A stretch of DNA of 64,000 nt from assembly GCA_031416075.1 (NCBI GenBank), contig JANOSY010000045.1, positions 32,001 through 96,000 on the forward strand, written 5' to 3'. The stretch's first letter is position 1, and each line of letters starts with the position of its first letter. Below the pieces are notes generated by a model that worked only from the letters and a program-made list of their open reading frames with translations, searched no databases and had not been told where the DNA came from. The position numbers and the translations under genes are program-made. Below, piece after piece: positions 31,290 through 40,595 of the stretch. Source of the DNA: Candidatus Tenderia sp. GTDB taxonomy: Bacteria > Pseudomonadota > Gammaproteobacteria > Tenderiales > Tenderiaceae.

Positions 31290-33027
31290 TTCTGCGTTGA
31301 ATCACGTACCACAACAGATCCAACGGCATATAGAGCAGATGAATGGCGACAAGCCCGAGCACAATCATCGCAACAACCGCCAGCGCCAACTGTTGTTTGC
31401 GGCGTGTACGCTTGCCGATCTCTGCTACCGTTTCAATACAGGGAATGGCCACCAGCGGCCTCATTCCCGTTGCTACTGCCAACGCGCCGTTACCGTAGAT
31501 GGCGGTATCGACACCACCGCTGATTACCGCCGCGCCAACTCCACCGGCAAATGCAAACACCATCCCCAGCACCATGATCGCCAACCGGTTGGGTTTGAGT
31601 GGTTTTTCCGGCATCTCAGGCGGCTCTACCAGCGTGAAGCGTTCGCCCTTCCTCTCACTCTCCATCACCTGTGCCAGCTGGGCCCCAGTCTGTTTTGCCT
31701 TCAGCTCTTTGTAACTTGCCGACGAATTTTCATAATCACGCAGCAGTTCGCGATATTCGCGCTCGACCTGGGGCATCTGTGTCATGTGCCGTTCGTACTC
31801 GGCGAGTTTGATACGTAGCGCTGCCTCTCTCCTCTCCGCCACTTCAAGCTCCACATTCGCACTTTCCAGTTGCGTCTGGAGCTGGATATAGGCTGGATTA
31901 CTCGACTTGCCCTTGTTCGCATCATCTGGCACCACCACACCGGCCGCCTCTTTCAGCGCCTTGTTGAGCTGGACCAGTTCACTCTCCAGACGTCTTGTTT
32001 CAGGATGGTTTGAGGCATATTTCTCTCTGGCCTCGCTCAGCTGCTCTGAAACCATTGCCTGTTTCCGCAGCAGCTCGTCGCTCGTGTCTACCACTCCAAC
32101 ATCCTTCTTGAGAGAGTCGATCTCTTTGCGGATACGCACCAGATCGGGGTGCTGTTCGCCATACACCGCAACCATACCCAGATATTTAATCTGGAGTTGT
32201 TTGAGCCGGTCTGCCGGTCCCAGGATGCGTTCACCGTTCTCGGTATAAACATAGGGGTCTCGTGAGATCTGAGCCAGCTGCGATTCCAGATAGGACTTGC
32301 GCTCACGCAGTGTTCTCAGCACCATCTGCACATCGATCAGATCGCGCTCGGTCCTGTCCATCAGCTGAAAGTTGACCTGGGCAAGATCGGGCAACTGATT
32401 GGCATTGCGCTCTTTGAACTGCGCCAGCTTGTTTTCAATATCTGAAATATGTTCCATGAGTTTATTGACCTCATCGGTCATAAATCCGGATGCCTCGGTT
32501 GTAGACTCAGCCCGGCTCTTCAGATTCTCGTTGAGATAGAGTGATACCAGCTCATTCGCCACCTTCTGTGCCAAAACCGGAGATGAGCTGTCATATGAGA
32601 CTGTAAATGCAATGGTCGCCTGGGTTGGCTGACCATTCCTGGGGTCAACCACATCCGCGCTCACCGTCCCCATCTTGATGCTGTCACGCATCTCCTCCAG
32701 CACCACCTCCATCGGCTCATCCTCGCGCTCTTCCGGATAGAGGTTGTACTTTTCAACAATAGTGGTGAGATTTGCCCGTGTCATGACACGTTGGCTGATC
32801 ACATGGATACGCTGATCGGCAAATGAGGTGATCGTCGAGCGCACCATCTCCTGCGGCATCTCCTGCTGCTCGATCAGGATCGTGCCGGTTGAGCGATAGA
32901 GTGGCGGCAAGCCGATGGCGATAGCGAATGACAACACAGCAATCGTGACTGCGATCACCACCATGCGGGTGCGATAACGGCGCAGCATCGCCAAGTAATG
33001 ACTTAAATTTTTTTCTTGAGATTCCAT
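31276..33027 (-). CDS. Polysaccharide co-polymerase (Wzz/Wzc N-terminal type)
   Basis: Two flanking TMs, long coiled coil, HPD repeats, ERFTLVEPPEMPEKPLKPNR. Confidence 0.88.
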   Translation of the reverse strand: MESQEKNLSHYLAMLRRYRTRMVVIAVTIAVLSFAIAIGLPPLYRSTGTILIEQQEMPQEMVRSTITSFADQRIHVISQRVMTRANLTTIVEKYNLYPEEREDEPMEVVLEEMRDSIKMGTVSADVVDPRNGQPTQATIAFTVSYDSSSPVLAQKVANELVSLYLNENLKSRAESTTEASGFMTDEVNKLMEHISDIENKLAQFKERNANQLPDLAQVNFQLMDRTERDLIDVQMVLRTLRERKSYLESQLAQISRDPYVYTENGERILGPADRLKQLQIKYLGMVAVYGEQHPDLVRIRKEIDSLKKDVGVVDTSDELLRKQAMVSEQLSEAREKYASNHPETRRLESELVQLNKALKEAAGVVVPDDANKGKSSNPAYIQLQTQLESANVELEVAERREAALRIKLAEYERHMTQMPQVEREYRELLRDYENSSASYKELKAKQTGAQLAQVMESERKGERFTLVEPPEMPEKPLKPNRLAIMVLGMVFAFAGGVGAAVISGGVDTAIYGNGALAVATGMRPLVAIPCIETVAEIGKRTRRKQQLALAVVAMIVLGLVAIHLLYMPLDLLWYVIQRRIGMA

Positions 33028-33040
33028 TTCAGATCACTTC

Positions 33041-34213
33041 TTAATTGCTTTCGGAACGATAGGCCAGTTGCACCATCACTGTTGTCGCACTGGCGTAGGA
33101 GATGTCGTTGTCATAACGCTGCCGGGCGTAGTCAACCCCACCCTCCAGGGTCCATTCTGGCAACCACTGCCACACCACACGCCAGTGCGCCACATCATAG
33201 TCACGATCAGGTAGTCCCCCGTACAGATCATGGCCAGCTGTTGTCATCACATAACGGTTGGCCATGATGCTGGCGCTGGCCCACACATGCGCACTGATCT
33301 CATAAGCCGCAGAGAGAGCCAGCTGATCGGTTCTTACCAGCAAGCCGTAACCGCTGGGTTCGACTGTTCGACTGCCACGCACTCCCCAACGCACAGCCTC
33401 TGTCTCATAGCTCAAGTCCAGCGCCGCAAGCGATCCGCTTTTGGACTGCGTTCCAAAATCTCCAACACTGCTGGCACGGTGTCCACCCAGCGTCAGGCTG
33501 CCACGCAACGACTCCGCCAGCTCCCGCTCCAGCGCGCAGCGCAGCCCCGTATCCTCTGATGTCACCCTTGCGGTTCTCATCCTGGAGTGATCGACGCTAC
33601 ACCTCACCAGATCACGATCATCGAGTTCGTGGGAGATGGCCACATTGGCCTGGGCATACTCATATCCCACCAGCGGCGTCGACTCGGCATCCCGATAGTC
33701 CTGTTCTTTGTATTTCAGCCCGGTCATCACATTCATGGCGGGGGAGAGCTGCATGTTCAGGTATGGCGCCAGGGACCAGACGTGGCGTTGCTTGTTCACC
33801 CCCACATAACCGGTATCGAGAAACTCACTGGTCAGCGTGGTGTCCCGGGTGTAGTCACCCCTTACTCCAAAATTTCCACGCTCCATTGTCCGGCTGGCGC
33901 CAACGCCGACTGCATACTCATTGCGATCAAGCTCACTCCAGTTCGGATTGCGGATGAAGTGGAGCTGCGGCTCCAGGCTCAGCTCGGTCACTTCAGATGC
34001 CCCGATCAGCGGCAAACTCAAATCCAGCCGGTGCGTGGTCACAGTACGCTCAGGGTTCTGAATCAGATAGGGGTTGGTATTGTGTTGCGACTGCCACATC
34101 ACTTCCGGCCCGGCACTCCACTCTGTGGCCGCTTGGGCACCACTCCCCGCCATTGCCGCCAATGTGCACAACACTACACATGCAGCCATGTTTACCCGCA
34201 ACATTCCCCACAA
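33041..34213 (-). CDS. Outer-membrane beta-barrel protein of the EPS export locus
   Basis: Signal peptide, amphipathic strands, terminal VQLAY; lies between wza and the co-polymerase. Confidence 0.7.
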   Translation of the reverse strand: MWGMLRVNMAACVVLCTLAAMAGSGAQAATEWSAGPEVMWQSQHNTNPYLIQNPERTVTTHRLDLSLPLIGASEVTELSLEPQLHFIRNPNWSELDRNEYAVGVGASRTMERGNFGVRGDYTRDTTLTSEFLDTGYVGVNKQRHVWSLAPYLNMQLSPAMNVMTGLKYKEQDYRDAESTPLVGYEYAQANVAISHELDDRDLVRCSVDHSRMRTARVTSEDTGLRCALERELAESLRGSLTLGGHRASSVGDFGTQSKSGSLAALDLSYETEAVRWGVRGSRTVEPSGYGLLVRTDQLALSAAYEISAHVWASASIMANRYVMTTAGHDLYGGLPDRDYDVAHWRVVWQWLPEWTLEGGVDYARQRYDNDISYASATTVMVQLAYRSESN

Positions 34214-34224
34214 GATTCAGAGTC

Positions 34225-34812
34225 TCACGGCACAACAACAACATCGCCTGGCTTTAGAACAATGTTCTGCTCAAGCTTATTACCCGCCTCGACCTGACTG
34301 TAATCGAAAGAAATTGCCTGCTGATTCTCACCAGAGCGGCGTAATATTCTTACATTACCTGCATCCGCAAACTTGGCGATACCCGCTGCCATGCTCAACG
34401 CCTGCATCACATCGACATTACGGTTCAACACATACTCACCAGGCCGGTTAACCTTGCCGATGACATAGATCTTGTTACCCAGAGACTGCTTGACCATCAC
34501 CGTCACATCCGCATCTGGCACAAACTTCTGGATGCGGGCAACGATTTCACTGCGCAACAGCTCGATGCCCTTGCCATCGACAATGATCTCACCCAGAAGC
34601 GGCATGGCAATGCGGCCATCCGGAGTCACCACCACCTCTGCTTGCAGATCAGGCTCACGCCACACGGAGATTTGCAGCACATCACCGGGCTGGATCAGAT
34701 AGCCCGAGGATACTTGCGGCGAATCAGTCACCTCCACCTCCCCAGCTGATGCCGGAGGTACGGGGATGGATGCAATCAAGATGAAAACAGCAACAACCAG
34801 ATTAAAATTCAC
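34225..34812 (-). CDS. Polysaccharide export protein (short Wza/OPX)
   Basis: YLIQPGDVLQISVW, PDGRIAMPLLG, VIGKVNRPG and LKPGDVVVVP motifs. Confidence 0.9.
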   Translation of the reverse strand: MNFNLVVAVFILIASIPVPPASAGEVEVTDSPQVSSGYLIQPGDVLQISVWREPDLQAEVVVTPDGRIAMPLLGEIIVDGKGIELLRSEIVARIQKFVPDADVTVMVKQSLGNKIYVIGKVNRPGEYVLNRNVDVMQALSMAAGIAKFADAGNVRILRRSGENQQAISFDYSQVEAGNKLEQNIVLKPGDVVVVP

Positions 34813-34862
34813 AACAACTCCAGAACCCCCATTAATGGGGAATTACATTTGTAATACGCACA

Positions 34863-34896
34863 AGCATAACGTTCCAAGATGACCCTTTTGTGACAC
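34863..34896 (-). promoter_or_regulatory. PhoB/OmpR-type direct-repeat box plus -10 for the EPS export operon
   Basis: GTGTCAC-AAAA-GGGTCAT, 10 bp, TATGCT. Confidence 0.55.
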
Positions 34897-34897
34897 C

Positions 34898-35419
34898 CTA
34901 CGTCATTGCCCCCTCAACCCTTCCTGATCGCCGCATAAATGCCGTCAGAGAGAGCAGCGCCGTTCCCAGCAACCACCCTGCTGCGGGCAGTGGCACCGGC
35001 GCCGGGGCAATCAATTGGCTGACCTGAATACCATACAGCCCCAACCCCAGCACACCACTTGTCTCACCAAACAGCGCGGCGTAGTAGATCCCTGGGGTGG
35101 CGTCAAAAACCAGCTCCCCGGGAGAATCAAGCCGTGCGACTTCACGCAAACTGGCGGATGAACCACCGACAATAATCAACTCCAGACTTTTAAAACTCTC
35201 CGGAAAGGTGAAGTCCACCAGTTTGACCTGGTACTTGCCTGCGCTGGAGATGGTGAACGGATCAGGCTTTTTATGACTCTCCTGAGCTGTAATAAACCCA
35301 ACATCCTCATACACCACCATTGCCGCCTGAGCGGTCCCAATCCCCATCCACAACAGCAGAGTTACCACCACTGCCCTAGCCATCTTGTTATTCATATATA
35401 CGCTCCTGACCAATGTCAT
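34898..35419 (-). CDS. VPLPA-CTERM sorting-domain protein
   Basis: Signal peptide (TAQA); C-terminal PVPLPAAGWLLGTALLSLTAFMRR. Confidence 0.88.
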   Translation of the reverse strand: MTLVRSVYMNNKMARAVVVTLLLWMGIGTAQAAMVVYEDVGFITAQESHKKPDPFTISSAGKYQVKLVDFTFPESFKSLELIIVGGSSASLREVARLDSPGELVFDATPGIYYAALFGETSGVLGLGLYGIQVSQLIAPAPVPLPAAGWLLGTALLSLTAFMRRSGRVEGAMT

Positions 35420-35436
35420 AAAACCAAAAACGACCC

Positions 35437-35934
35437 TTACTCCGTACCTGAAACCGGCAGTAACCGCTTCTCTCCTGCCGCACCTTCACCACTCTCATGA
35501 CGCATATATTTGTCATACATGTATTCACGCAGAACGCCTTGCAGACCCAAGGCATCATCATGCCCCTCCGCCAGCTCCTTCAGACGCAGGTAGGCATAAC
35601 GATCCTGCCCGCCTGCCAGCGTCACCAGTTCGACATCACTGCGCTCCACCCGCTGCCCCTCCTCTGCCCGATCATTGATAATCCGCTCCACCATCCCGGC
35701 ATCAAGATCGAAATAGCTGACAAGCTCGGTGCCAAACTCCATGAACACTGGCAGCAGGTCACGCCCCACCACCGAATCGTCATGAAACATCCCCAAACGC
35801 CCGAGCGTGGCTCTGATGGCAAACCTGAACACATCCGACTCACGCACCCGCAACCGGCGCGCAATTGCCCGTACCTTGTGCAGATCGTTGATGCCGACCC
35901 GCAACGACACCATCTGTTTTTTGTTATCGATCAT
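35437..35934 (-). CDS. Hypothetical protein with N-terminal ribbon-helix-helix-like motif
   Basis: KKQMVSLRV...DLHKVRAIARRLRVRESDVFRFAI resembles CopG/RHH; AAGGGG upstream of ATG 35934. Confidence 0.55.
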   Translation of the reverse strand: MIDNKKQMVSLRVGINDLHKVRAIARRLRVRESDVFRFAIRATLGRLGMFHDDSVVGRDLLPVFMEFGTELVSYFDLDAGMVERIINDRAEEGQRVERSDVELVTLAGGQDRYAYLRLKELAEGHDDALGLQGVLREYMYDKYMRHESGEGAAGEKRLLPVSGTE

Positions 35935-36242
35935 CTCGCCCCTTAACAGTTTGTATGTCATTGACAGGTGCAACTGTATAGCAGTGAGATTTCACAGGCA
36001 TTTCCTTTGTATTACATTTGCTAAAAATTGCGCATACAACCATGTCGACAATTGTCATTCAGGGCAATGCGGAGCGGCCGATGGACAAAGATTCAGTCTT
36101 TTTGTCGAAGAGAAGAGTAGATGTGTAAAGAGAAGAGATTCCGTAATAATACATTTACGCAAACTTAACCGGATATTCACCCGTTGTTAATCATGGCCCT
36201 TTAAAGTTTGGCCTTACCAGTAATTTACTTTGGAGATCCGTC

Positions 36243-36914
36243 ATGGGTAATACAAAAAGAACACCTCTCTGGCTTGGCCTTGCGACACTAGCCGTGGTGA
36301 CGTCTCAAGTTCCAGCACAGGCGGCAGTCGTCACGTATAGCTACGACATGGAGTTCAGTGGTGCGCGGGCGCCAGGAGGTAACGGCCCGTGGCTCATCGC
36401 CACATTTGATGACCACAACAGCCAGGGATCGGTCCGGTTAACAGTCTCCAGCGCCGGACTCGTTTCAGGGGAAAATGTTGGCGGCCTATACTTCAATCTC
36501 GATCCGAAACTCATTCCAGCGCAATTATCGCTCACCTACCTCACCAACACCTCAACAGCCCCAGTGGCAAGCAAAATTTCTCTGGCCAAAGACAGCTACA
36601 AGGCTGATGGCGACGGCAAATATGACATCAAGATGGAATTTCCAAACGGTAGCGGCTTTGATGCGGGGGAGATGCTCGCCTTTGAGATCACCGGCATCAG
36701 CACCCTGACAGCCGCTTCATTCTCGTTTCTGAGTGCACCCGCCGGTGGCCATGGACCTTACTATGCTGCCGCTCACATCCAGAACACTACCGGTGCAGGT
36801 CTTGGCGACGGCGGCTGGATCGCCCCGACAGTACCCCTGCCCGCTGCGGGCTGGCTGTTGGGTTCCGGTCTGATGATGCTCGTTGCTTATGGCAGGAAGG
36901 TTTCGAAAATCTAA
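36243..36914 (+). CDS. VPLPA-CTERM sorting-domain protein
   Basis: Signal peptide (PAQA); AAHIQ motif; C-terminal VPLPAAGWLLGSGLMMLVAYGRK. Confidence 0.9.
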   Translation: MGNTKRTPLWLGLATLAVVTSQVPAQAAVVTYSYDMEFSGARAPGGNGPWLIATFDDHNSQGSVRLTVSSAGLVSGENVGGLYFNLDPKLIPAQLSLTYLTNTSTAPVASKISLAKDSYKADGDGKYDIKMEFPNGSGFDAGEMLAFEITGISTLTAASFSFLSAPAGGHGPYYAAAHIQNTTGAGLGDGGWIAPTVPLPAAGWLLGSGLMMLVAYGRKVSKI

Positions 36915-36994
36915 AATCAGCGTTACAGTGAATATTCCTCCGTTCATGGTTCGACGAGTTCACCACGAACGGATTTCTGGGAGCGGCATTAGCT

Positions 36995-37048
36995 CGTAGG
37001 GTGGGTAGAGCCTGCCCCACGCAGTGCTTTGGGCATTTCCGCTCTACG
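36995..37048. repeat. GTAG-type REP-like hairpin carrying the 28-bp micro-element (37007-37034)
   Basis: CGTAGGGTGG...CCGCTCTACG imperfect palindrome surrounding AGAGCCTGCCCCACGCAGTGCTTTGGGC. Confidence 0.65.
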
Positions 37049-37110
37049 CCTGCTAACCGTGCGTAACTTTGAATCACACCCTCCGCTCGAGGAGTTATTT
37101 TGATTCCGTG

Positions 37111-37785
37111 TTATGGAGCAGAGTCATCCGCCTGCGACTGAAATTTGTGCTGTTCCATCCGGTCGCGGTAAAGCTCAGCGATTGATTCAATTTCGACTCG
37201 TTTGAGCTGGGTCACAGGCTCACGCTGTAGCAAGGCATCCCAGACCCCTTTCCCTTCGTACTGCTGAATCAACTCCTGCGCTGTCTTGTAGAGCGCCTGG
37301 TTATCCTTGACGCATTGATTCAGGGTATCGCCCTTCTGCCCCGTAGATGCCTCAAGTGTGGCGACATGCTCCTCTGACTTGCGCAGTTCGGCGACCAGCT
37401 CTTTGTATTTCTCCACCACCTTTTGCAGACGCTCCTGAGTCTCGGTGAGCTTCTCTGCCGTGGCCACTCCGCTCTCCTGGGCACGATCCGTAGCACGGGC
37501 GCTTTCACCCTGTTGCGCCTTGAGGCGGGTGATCTCCCGCGTGCTCTCTGTCAATTTCCCTTTTACATCACCCAGCTCTTTTATCTGGCGCTCATTATCT
37601 GCCGTCAGCTGCTCCTGTTTGGTTCGCATGGCATCACGTTCAGCAGTGATCTGTTGCAACAGCGCCGCATTGCCGCCATCTCCACCGCCACGGCGCACCG
37701 ATTCTGCTGCAACTTGCTGCACAGGCAACAATGCAACCAGCATGAAGATCACTGCATGTATCTGCTTCATTTCGATCACCTCCAA
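37111..37785 (-). CDS. Secreted coiled-coil protein of the TonB/porin module
   Basis: Signal peptide, long heptad region, conserved-looking C-terminus CVKDNQALY...EPVTQLKRVEIE. Confidence 0.7.
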   Translation of the reverse strand: MEVIEMKQIHAVIFMLVALLPVQQVAAESVRRGGGDGGNAALLQQITAERDAMRTKQEQLTADNERQIKELGDVKGKLTESTREITRLKAQQGESARATDRAQESGVATAEKLTETQERLQKVVEKYKELVAELRKSEEHVATLEASTGQKGDTLNQCVKDNQALYKTAQELIQQYEGKGVWDALLQREPVTQLKRVEIESIAELYRDRMEQHKFQSQADDSAP

Positions 37786-37793
37786 AATTGATC

Positions 37794-39443
37794 CTAGAAC
37801 TTCACATTGAGATCGAGCTGCACAACATCAATCCCCAGTGGCGGACCATCAATCGCGTCCGCACTCAGCCAGCGGAAATTGAAGGCGGTGTTATCCATCA
37901 GGCCATACTCAACCCCCATGATCCACCCCTCGGCATCGGTACCGCCAAGATGGAAGTCGGAGTCGGTGAAGGCATCCACCACCGCATCACGCTCCAGCCG
38001 TTTGAAGGCAGCGGTGATACGCCAGTCATCTGCTTTAGTGATCTGCGGCCAACCCACCGCCAGCTGTACCTGATAGCCCTGGGTGCGGGCCTTCTCCGTA
38101 TAACCGGTGAGGGCGGAGACCTCATCCTCCTTGAAGCCATTGTTCCTGACGTAATCACCCGTCAGCACCACATGGACGGGAGCAAAACTTGCCAGATCGG
38201 CGCGTAGTGTCAGGTTGATTTCGTTATAGTCCGAGGCCAGCGCCCAGCGGTCAGTGGCCGCATCGGTATCGTTGCGGATATCGAAGAGTGTATTGCCCTT
38301 CTGCATGAACTCTGGCGCCGTGAAGTCATTCAATTTGCTGTCCAGCGTGTTGCGTTCACCGACGATGTTACGGAAATCGTAATAGGCCAGCGCCACGGTG
38401 AAACTGGACTGATTGTCACTGGTCCACTGCCCGCCAAGCTGCGCACCGAGCAGCCATTTGTCGCGTGATGAGAGTTCAGTCTCTTGCAACGGAAAGGCAC
38501 CCAGCGTCAAGAACAACGTCTGATCAGCATTGGCGAGATCGGAGAGACCATCCTCCTCACCCAATCTGAGCCGGTAAGTGGTCGCCACCCCTTCGAAGTT
38601 GAGATCACCATCCCAGACCAGGTCGGTCGAGACCCACGGATTGGGTATACGCCCGCCCCACACCGTCATGCGATTGAAACCATCGAAATCGTACATGTTG
38701 TAACGCAGATAGGCCTGTTCCAGCAGCATGGTGTAGGGGCGGCCAGAGTTGCCGAGGGTCTGGTTGGTGGAGACCGGGTCGCCACTGTTACCCGTCGCCA
38801 GCCGCGTGCCAACCAGTACCTGGTCATTGACCTTGGCATCGATGCCAAGCCGCAGACGCATCCGCTCGCGATGGCGACCCTCGGTGGTGTTCAGAAATGG
38901 ATTGTCGCTCTTACCATAACCACCGGCGCGATTGAGCTCAGAGAAATTGACATAGGTCTGCGCCGGATTGTCATCGGCAAAGAGATCGGACTGATGGCGC
39001 AGACGCAGATCACCCTTGATCTTGACGTTCTCCACCCACTCCGGCAGCACACCGGGGATACCCCAGCGCTCCTGCTGCGCCTGCCCCTTGATGTCATTAA
39101 CCACATCCTCACGCAGGCCGAAACGCACCTCATCACGAATCGCATTTTTTACCGCCTCGGGCACGTAGGGCACACGCAACGTATCAGGCGACTGCGGCGC
39201 GGGCAGCTCACGTGGCGCAGATGATTGTGGTTGCAGCTGTTTTATCAGCAGATCGCCCTGCTCGGTGCTGATGACCCCCTGTTTAATCAGGGCGCTGATC
39301 AGCTCACTCACCGTCTGTTGCAGTGGCGGCTGAGCTGAAACTGGAGTTGAAGAGGCTACCTCTTCGGCACTCACCTGGAGTGCTGCCGCCACTGCGGCCA
39401 CGCCAAAAACTGCAACAAGGTTCTTCGGTTTAAAGGTTTTCAT
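37794..39443 (-). CDS. Putative porin (Porin_5-like) with an N-terminal periplasmic extension
   Basis: LIKQGVIS, VPYVPE, GDLRLR, DPVSTNQTL, DAFTDSDFHLGGT; terminal QLDLNVKF. Confidence 0.82.
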   Translation of the reverse strand: MKTFKPKNLVAVFGVAAVAAALQVSAEEVASSTPVSAQPPLQQTVSELISALIKQGVISTEQGDLLIKQLQPQSSAPRELPAPQSPDTLRVPYVPEAVKNAIRDEVRFGLREDVVNDIKGQAQQERWGIPGVLPEWVENVKIKGDLRLRHQSDLFADDNPAQTYVNFSELNRAGGYGKSDNPFLNTTEGRHRERMRLRLGIDAKVNDQVLVGTRLATGNSGDPVSTNQTLGNSGRPYTMLLEQAYLRYNMYDFDGFNRMTVWGGRIPNPWVSTDLVWDGDLNFEGVATTYRLRLGEEDGLSDLANADQTLFLTLGAFPLQETELSSRDKWLLGAQLGGQWTSDNQSSFTVALAYYDFRNIVGERNTLDSKLNDFTAPEFMQKGNTLFDIRNDTDAATDRWALASDYNEINLTLRADLASFAPVHVVLTGDYVRNNGFKEDEVSALTGYTEKARTQGYQVQLAVGWPQITKADDWRITAAFKRLERDAVVDAFTDSDFHLGGTDAEGWIMGVEYGLMDNTAFNFRWLSADAIDGPPLGIDVVQLDLNVKF

Positions 39444-39497
39444 CTTTTCTCTTAATCCAACTTCTCTTTGAAGAGTGTTAAATAAATGTCACAACGT

Positions 39498-40166
39498 TCA
39501 GCCACGCGAACTCAGCCGCAGACGCACCGGCTGCGGCGTCCCTTCGGGCGGCGGTGAGACACGATCCAGTCCGGTCAATACCGCGCTGATCATCTCGCGC
39601 GATGAATCTCCCGAAACATTCTCCACCTGATAACGTTCAACCCGGCCACTGGCATCGATCCAGAGCGTGAGATCAACGCTGTAGCGTTTGTTCTTACGCA
39701 GCTCTTTGTAGCCGTTGAAAAACTCGGTCAGATCCTGATCCAGCCGCCGTGTATACCAGCCGAAGCGTGCATCACCGCCGCCGCCGCCAATCAGGCCACG
39801 GCCACCCTTGCGCCCCACCAGGCCAAAACCATCACCACCAGCGCCGCCATCGGCATCGAGTCCGAGATCATCACCGGCAGGCGCATCATCGGCGGGCTGA
39901 TCCTGTGGCGCATCGGGTTGCGGTTCGGGATCGGGTTGCGGCGTCTCCACCTTCTGCTCCGGCTCCGGCGGCGGCTCCTCCTGCTTGGGTGGCGGCGGCG
40001 GTGGCGGTGGTGTAATCAGGGTGATCTGTTGTGTCTTGAGCCTCGGTGGTGTCACCGTCTCCGACAGGGTCTGCTTGAGCCAGATGAGCAGCGCAATCAC
40101 CACAACCACCGCCACAGTAATGGCGGCGGCAGGCAACAGACGCAGATAACGGATATTGGCAGTCAT
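39498..40166 (-). CDS. TonB-like energy transducer
   Basis: N-terminal TM, poly-Pro/PE linker, Gly-rich segment, TonB-C-like LWIDASGRVER; follows exbD. Confidence 0.82.
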   Translation of the reverse strand: MTANIRYLRLLPAAAITVAVVVVIALLIWLKQTLSETVTPPRLKTQQITLITPPPPPPPPKQEEPPPEPEQKVETPQPDPEPQPDAPQDQPADDAPAGDDLGLDADGGAGGDGFGLVGRKGGRGLIGGGGGDARFGWYTRRLDQDLTEFFNGYKELRKNKRYSVDLTLWIDASGRVERYQVENVSGDSSREMISAVLTGLDRVSPPPEGTPQPVRLRLSSRG

Positions 40167-40187
40167 GATGATGAGTGTGGCCCGGTG

Positions 40188-40592
40188 CTACTTCACAAGC
40201 TTCTGCGTCACCAGCCCCAGCTGGGTGATCTCCAGCCTGCCCAGCAGGTCCAGCACATCTACCACATGCTGATACTGCACAGCGCCATCGGCCTTGACCA
40301 CCACCGGCAGTTCGGGATTACCGGCCTTGAGCTGACGCAACTGCGCCTCCAGTTCCGGCAATGTCACTGGAGAGGTATCGAGATAGATAGTCCCTTCCGG
40401 CGTGATCGTGATCGCCTTGGTCTGTGGTTTGGCAAGACTCGGGGTTGAACTCGCCGTGGGCAGATTGACCTTGATCCCCTGCACCGTCGCCGTAGCCATG
40501 ATGATAAAGATAACCAGCAGCACATACGCCAGATCGAGCATCGCCGTAACATTGATGTCGTCGTAAGGTTTGTTCTCGCCCTGAATCTGCAT
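40188..40592 (-). CDS. exbD: Biopolymer transporter ExbD
   Basis: INVTAMLDLAYVLLVIFII (TM Asp) and VVVKADGAVQYQHVVDVLD. Confidence 0.92.
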   Translation of the reverse strand: MQIQGENKPYDDINVTAMLDLAYVLLVIFIIMATATVQGIKVNLPTASSTPSLAKPQTKAITITPEGTIYLDTSPVTLPELEAQLRQLKAGNPELPVVVKADGAVQYQHVVDVLDLLGRLEITQLGLVTQKLVK

Positions 40593-40595
40593 CGC

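Noticed and set aside
35935-36242. sigma54/PrsR-type promoter expected for exosortase cargo genes
   Set aside because: No convincing TGGC-N8-TGC found by eye here; the direct-repeat box is also not cleanly present.
39770-40015. GGC/CCG trinucleotide runs
   Set aside because: Encode the ordinary poly-Pro and Gly linkers of TonB; not a contingency repeat.
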